From Desulfohalobiaceae bacterium (GTDB taxonomy: Bacteria > Desulfobacterota > Desulfovibrionia > Desulfovibrionales > Desulfothermaceae), in NCBI GenBank assembly GCA_021737615.1, contig JAIPDR010000053.1, forward strand, positions 1 to 20,125: DNA of 20,125 nt, given 5' to 3'. Position 1 is the first letter of the stretch. Every line of letters starts with the position of its first letter. Under the pieces are notes generated by a model. That model was not told the DNA's origin. It ran no database searches and was given only the letters and a program-made list of their open reading frames with translations. Below are positions 19,493 to 20,125 of the stretch, one piece after another. Both the position numbers and the translations under genes were made by a program.

Positions 19493-19560
19493 CCCCATTC
19501 CCCATTCCCCATACCCCATTCCGCATTCCAAAATCCAAAATGTGAAGATCCAAAATCACC
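19493..19560 (+). repeat. Heptamer array that grades CCCCATT -> CCGCATT -> CCAAAAT (ccccattccccattccccataccccattccgcattccaaaatccaaaatgtgaagatccaaaatcacc)
   Basis: Seven in-phase heptamers at 19493-19541, then the AATGTGAAGATCC variant. It contains the GGDEF stop TGA 19556-19558. Confidence 0.9.
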
Positions 19561-20125
19561 AGCCCCCGCATACCCTGTTCCTGCCCTCCGCCTTGGCCTG
19601 ATACAGGGCGCTGTCCGCGGCGGCCACCAGATCCTCTGGCGCAGCAGAGTCATCCGGAATGCGCCAGGCCACGCCCAGACTCACGGTCACATGTGCGGCC
19701 ACCGGTGAAGCCTCATGTGGGACATCCAGTTGCTGAACCCCGTCTTTGATTTTCTCTGCGAGCCTCATGGCTCCGCTCGCCCCGGTATGTGGCAGGATCA
19801 CGGCAAACTCCTCGCCCCCGTATCTGGCCGCGAGATCCCCAGGCCGTTTCACACTTTTTTTGAGCTGTTGGGCCACCTGCTGCAGGCACCAATCCCCCTG
19901 TTGGTGGCCGTAGGTATCGTTATAAGCCTTGAAATGATCGATATCCAGCATGATCAGGGACAGGGGGCTCTGATTCCGGGTCATACGCCGCCATTCCCGG
20001 TCCAGGGTCTGTTCGAACAGCCTGCGGTTGGCCACCCCGGTCAAGCCGTCCTGAAAGGACAACCGCTGGAGTTCTTCCTCCATCTTTTTCCGGTGGCTAA
20101 TGTCCCGGACAATCCCAACGGCGTG
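19556..20125 (-). CDS. Diguanylate cyclase (GGDEF domain), C-terminal part; the upstream PAS-like part runs off the window end
   Basis: DGLTGVANRRLFEQTL...IMLDIDHFKAYNDTYGHQQGD...RYGGEEFAVIL...SLGVA...AADSALYQAKAEGRNRV. The frame stays open upstream of the first ATG to 20125 (HAVGIVRDISHRKKMEEEL, a typical PAS-end/linker). Confidence 0.9.
   Translation of the reverse strand, partial: HAVGIVRDISHRKKMEEELQRLSFQDGLTGVANRRLFEQTLDREWRRMTRNQSPLSLIMLDIDHFKAYNDTYGHQQGDWCLQQVAQQLKKSVKRPGDLAARYGGEEFAVILPHTGASGAMRLAEKIKDGVQQLDVPHEASPVAAHVTVSLGVAWRIPDDSAAPEDLVAAADSALYQAKAEGRNRVCGGW

Noticed and set aside
1-20125. Classical mobile element (IS, transposon, integron or prophage) as the source of the repeats
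   Set aside because: No transposase, integrase or recombinase ORF is present in any frame. The repeats are tens of nt long and lack a coding core, so at most they are non-autonomous (MITE-like) elements. No tRNA or rRNA genes were recognised either.

Overview
This 20.1-kb window has moderately high GC and is almost entirely one minus-strand gene array. The only plus-strand gene is a decayed ATPase remnant. Signal transduction dominates the content. At the centre (9701-12520) is a stressosome-type rsbR-rsbS-rsbT module followed by an RsbT-like/PP2C phosphatase fusion. Downstream of it, not next to a sigma-factor cascade, sit a hybrid histidine kinase whose N-terminus is a third RsbT-like domain (7319-9454), a single-domain receiver (6694-7158), a REC-HD-GYP phosphodiesterase (5211-6338) and a REC-PAS hybrid kinase (1819-5013). 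Upstream lie two paralogous periplasmic solute-binding sensors. One carries a kinase/REC/REC output (15953-18475). The other carries a small CxxC...CxxC C-terminal module (12854-14020). An AAA-ATPase-like/PD-(D/E)XK gene separates them. A DUF433 plus frameshifted DUF5615 pair, a partial PAS-GGDEF cyclase, an MscS channel and a partial CaCA antiporter complete the window. Two things are unusual. First, three pairs of near-identical domain-encoding segments show recent module shuffling. Second, several short interspersed repeat families fill nearly every intergenic gap. The main family is a period-7 tandem repeat (AATCCAA/AATCCGC/AATCGGA units). It usually occurs as inverted arms flush against stop and start codons, is inserted in frame once inside a receiver gene, and supplies a start codon once. 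No rRNA, tRNA, CRISPR array, transposase or integrase was seen. A Desulfobacterota-like origin is only a guess from the protein architectures.
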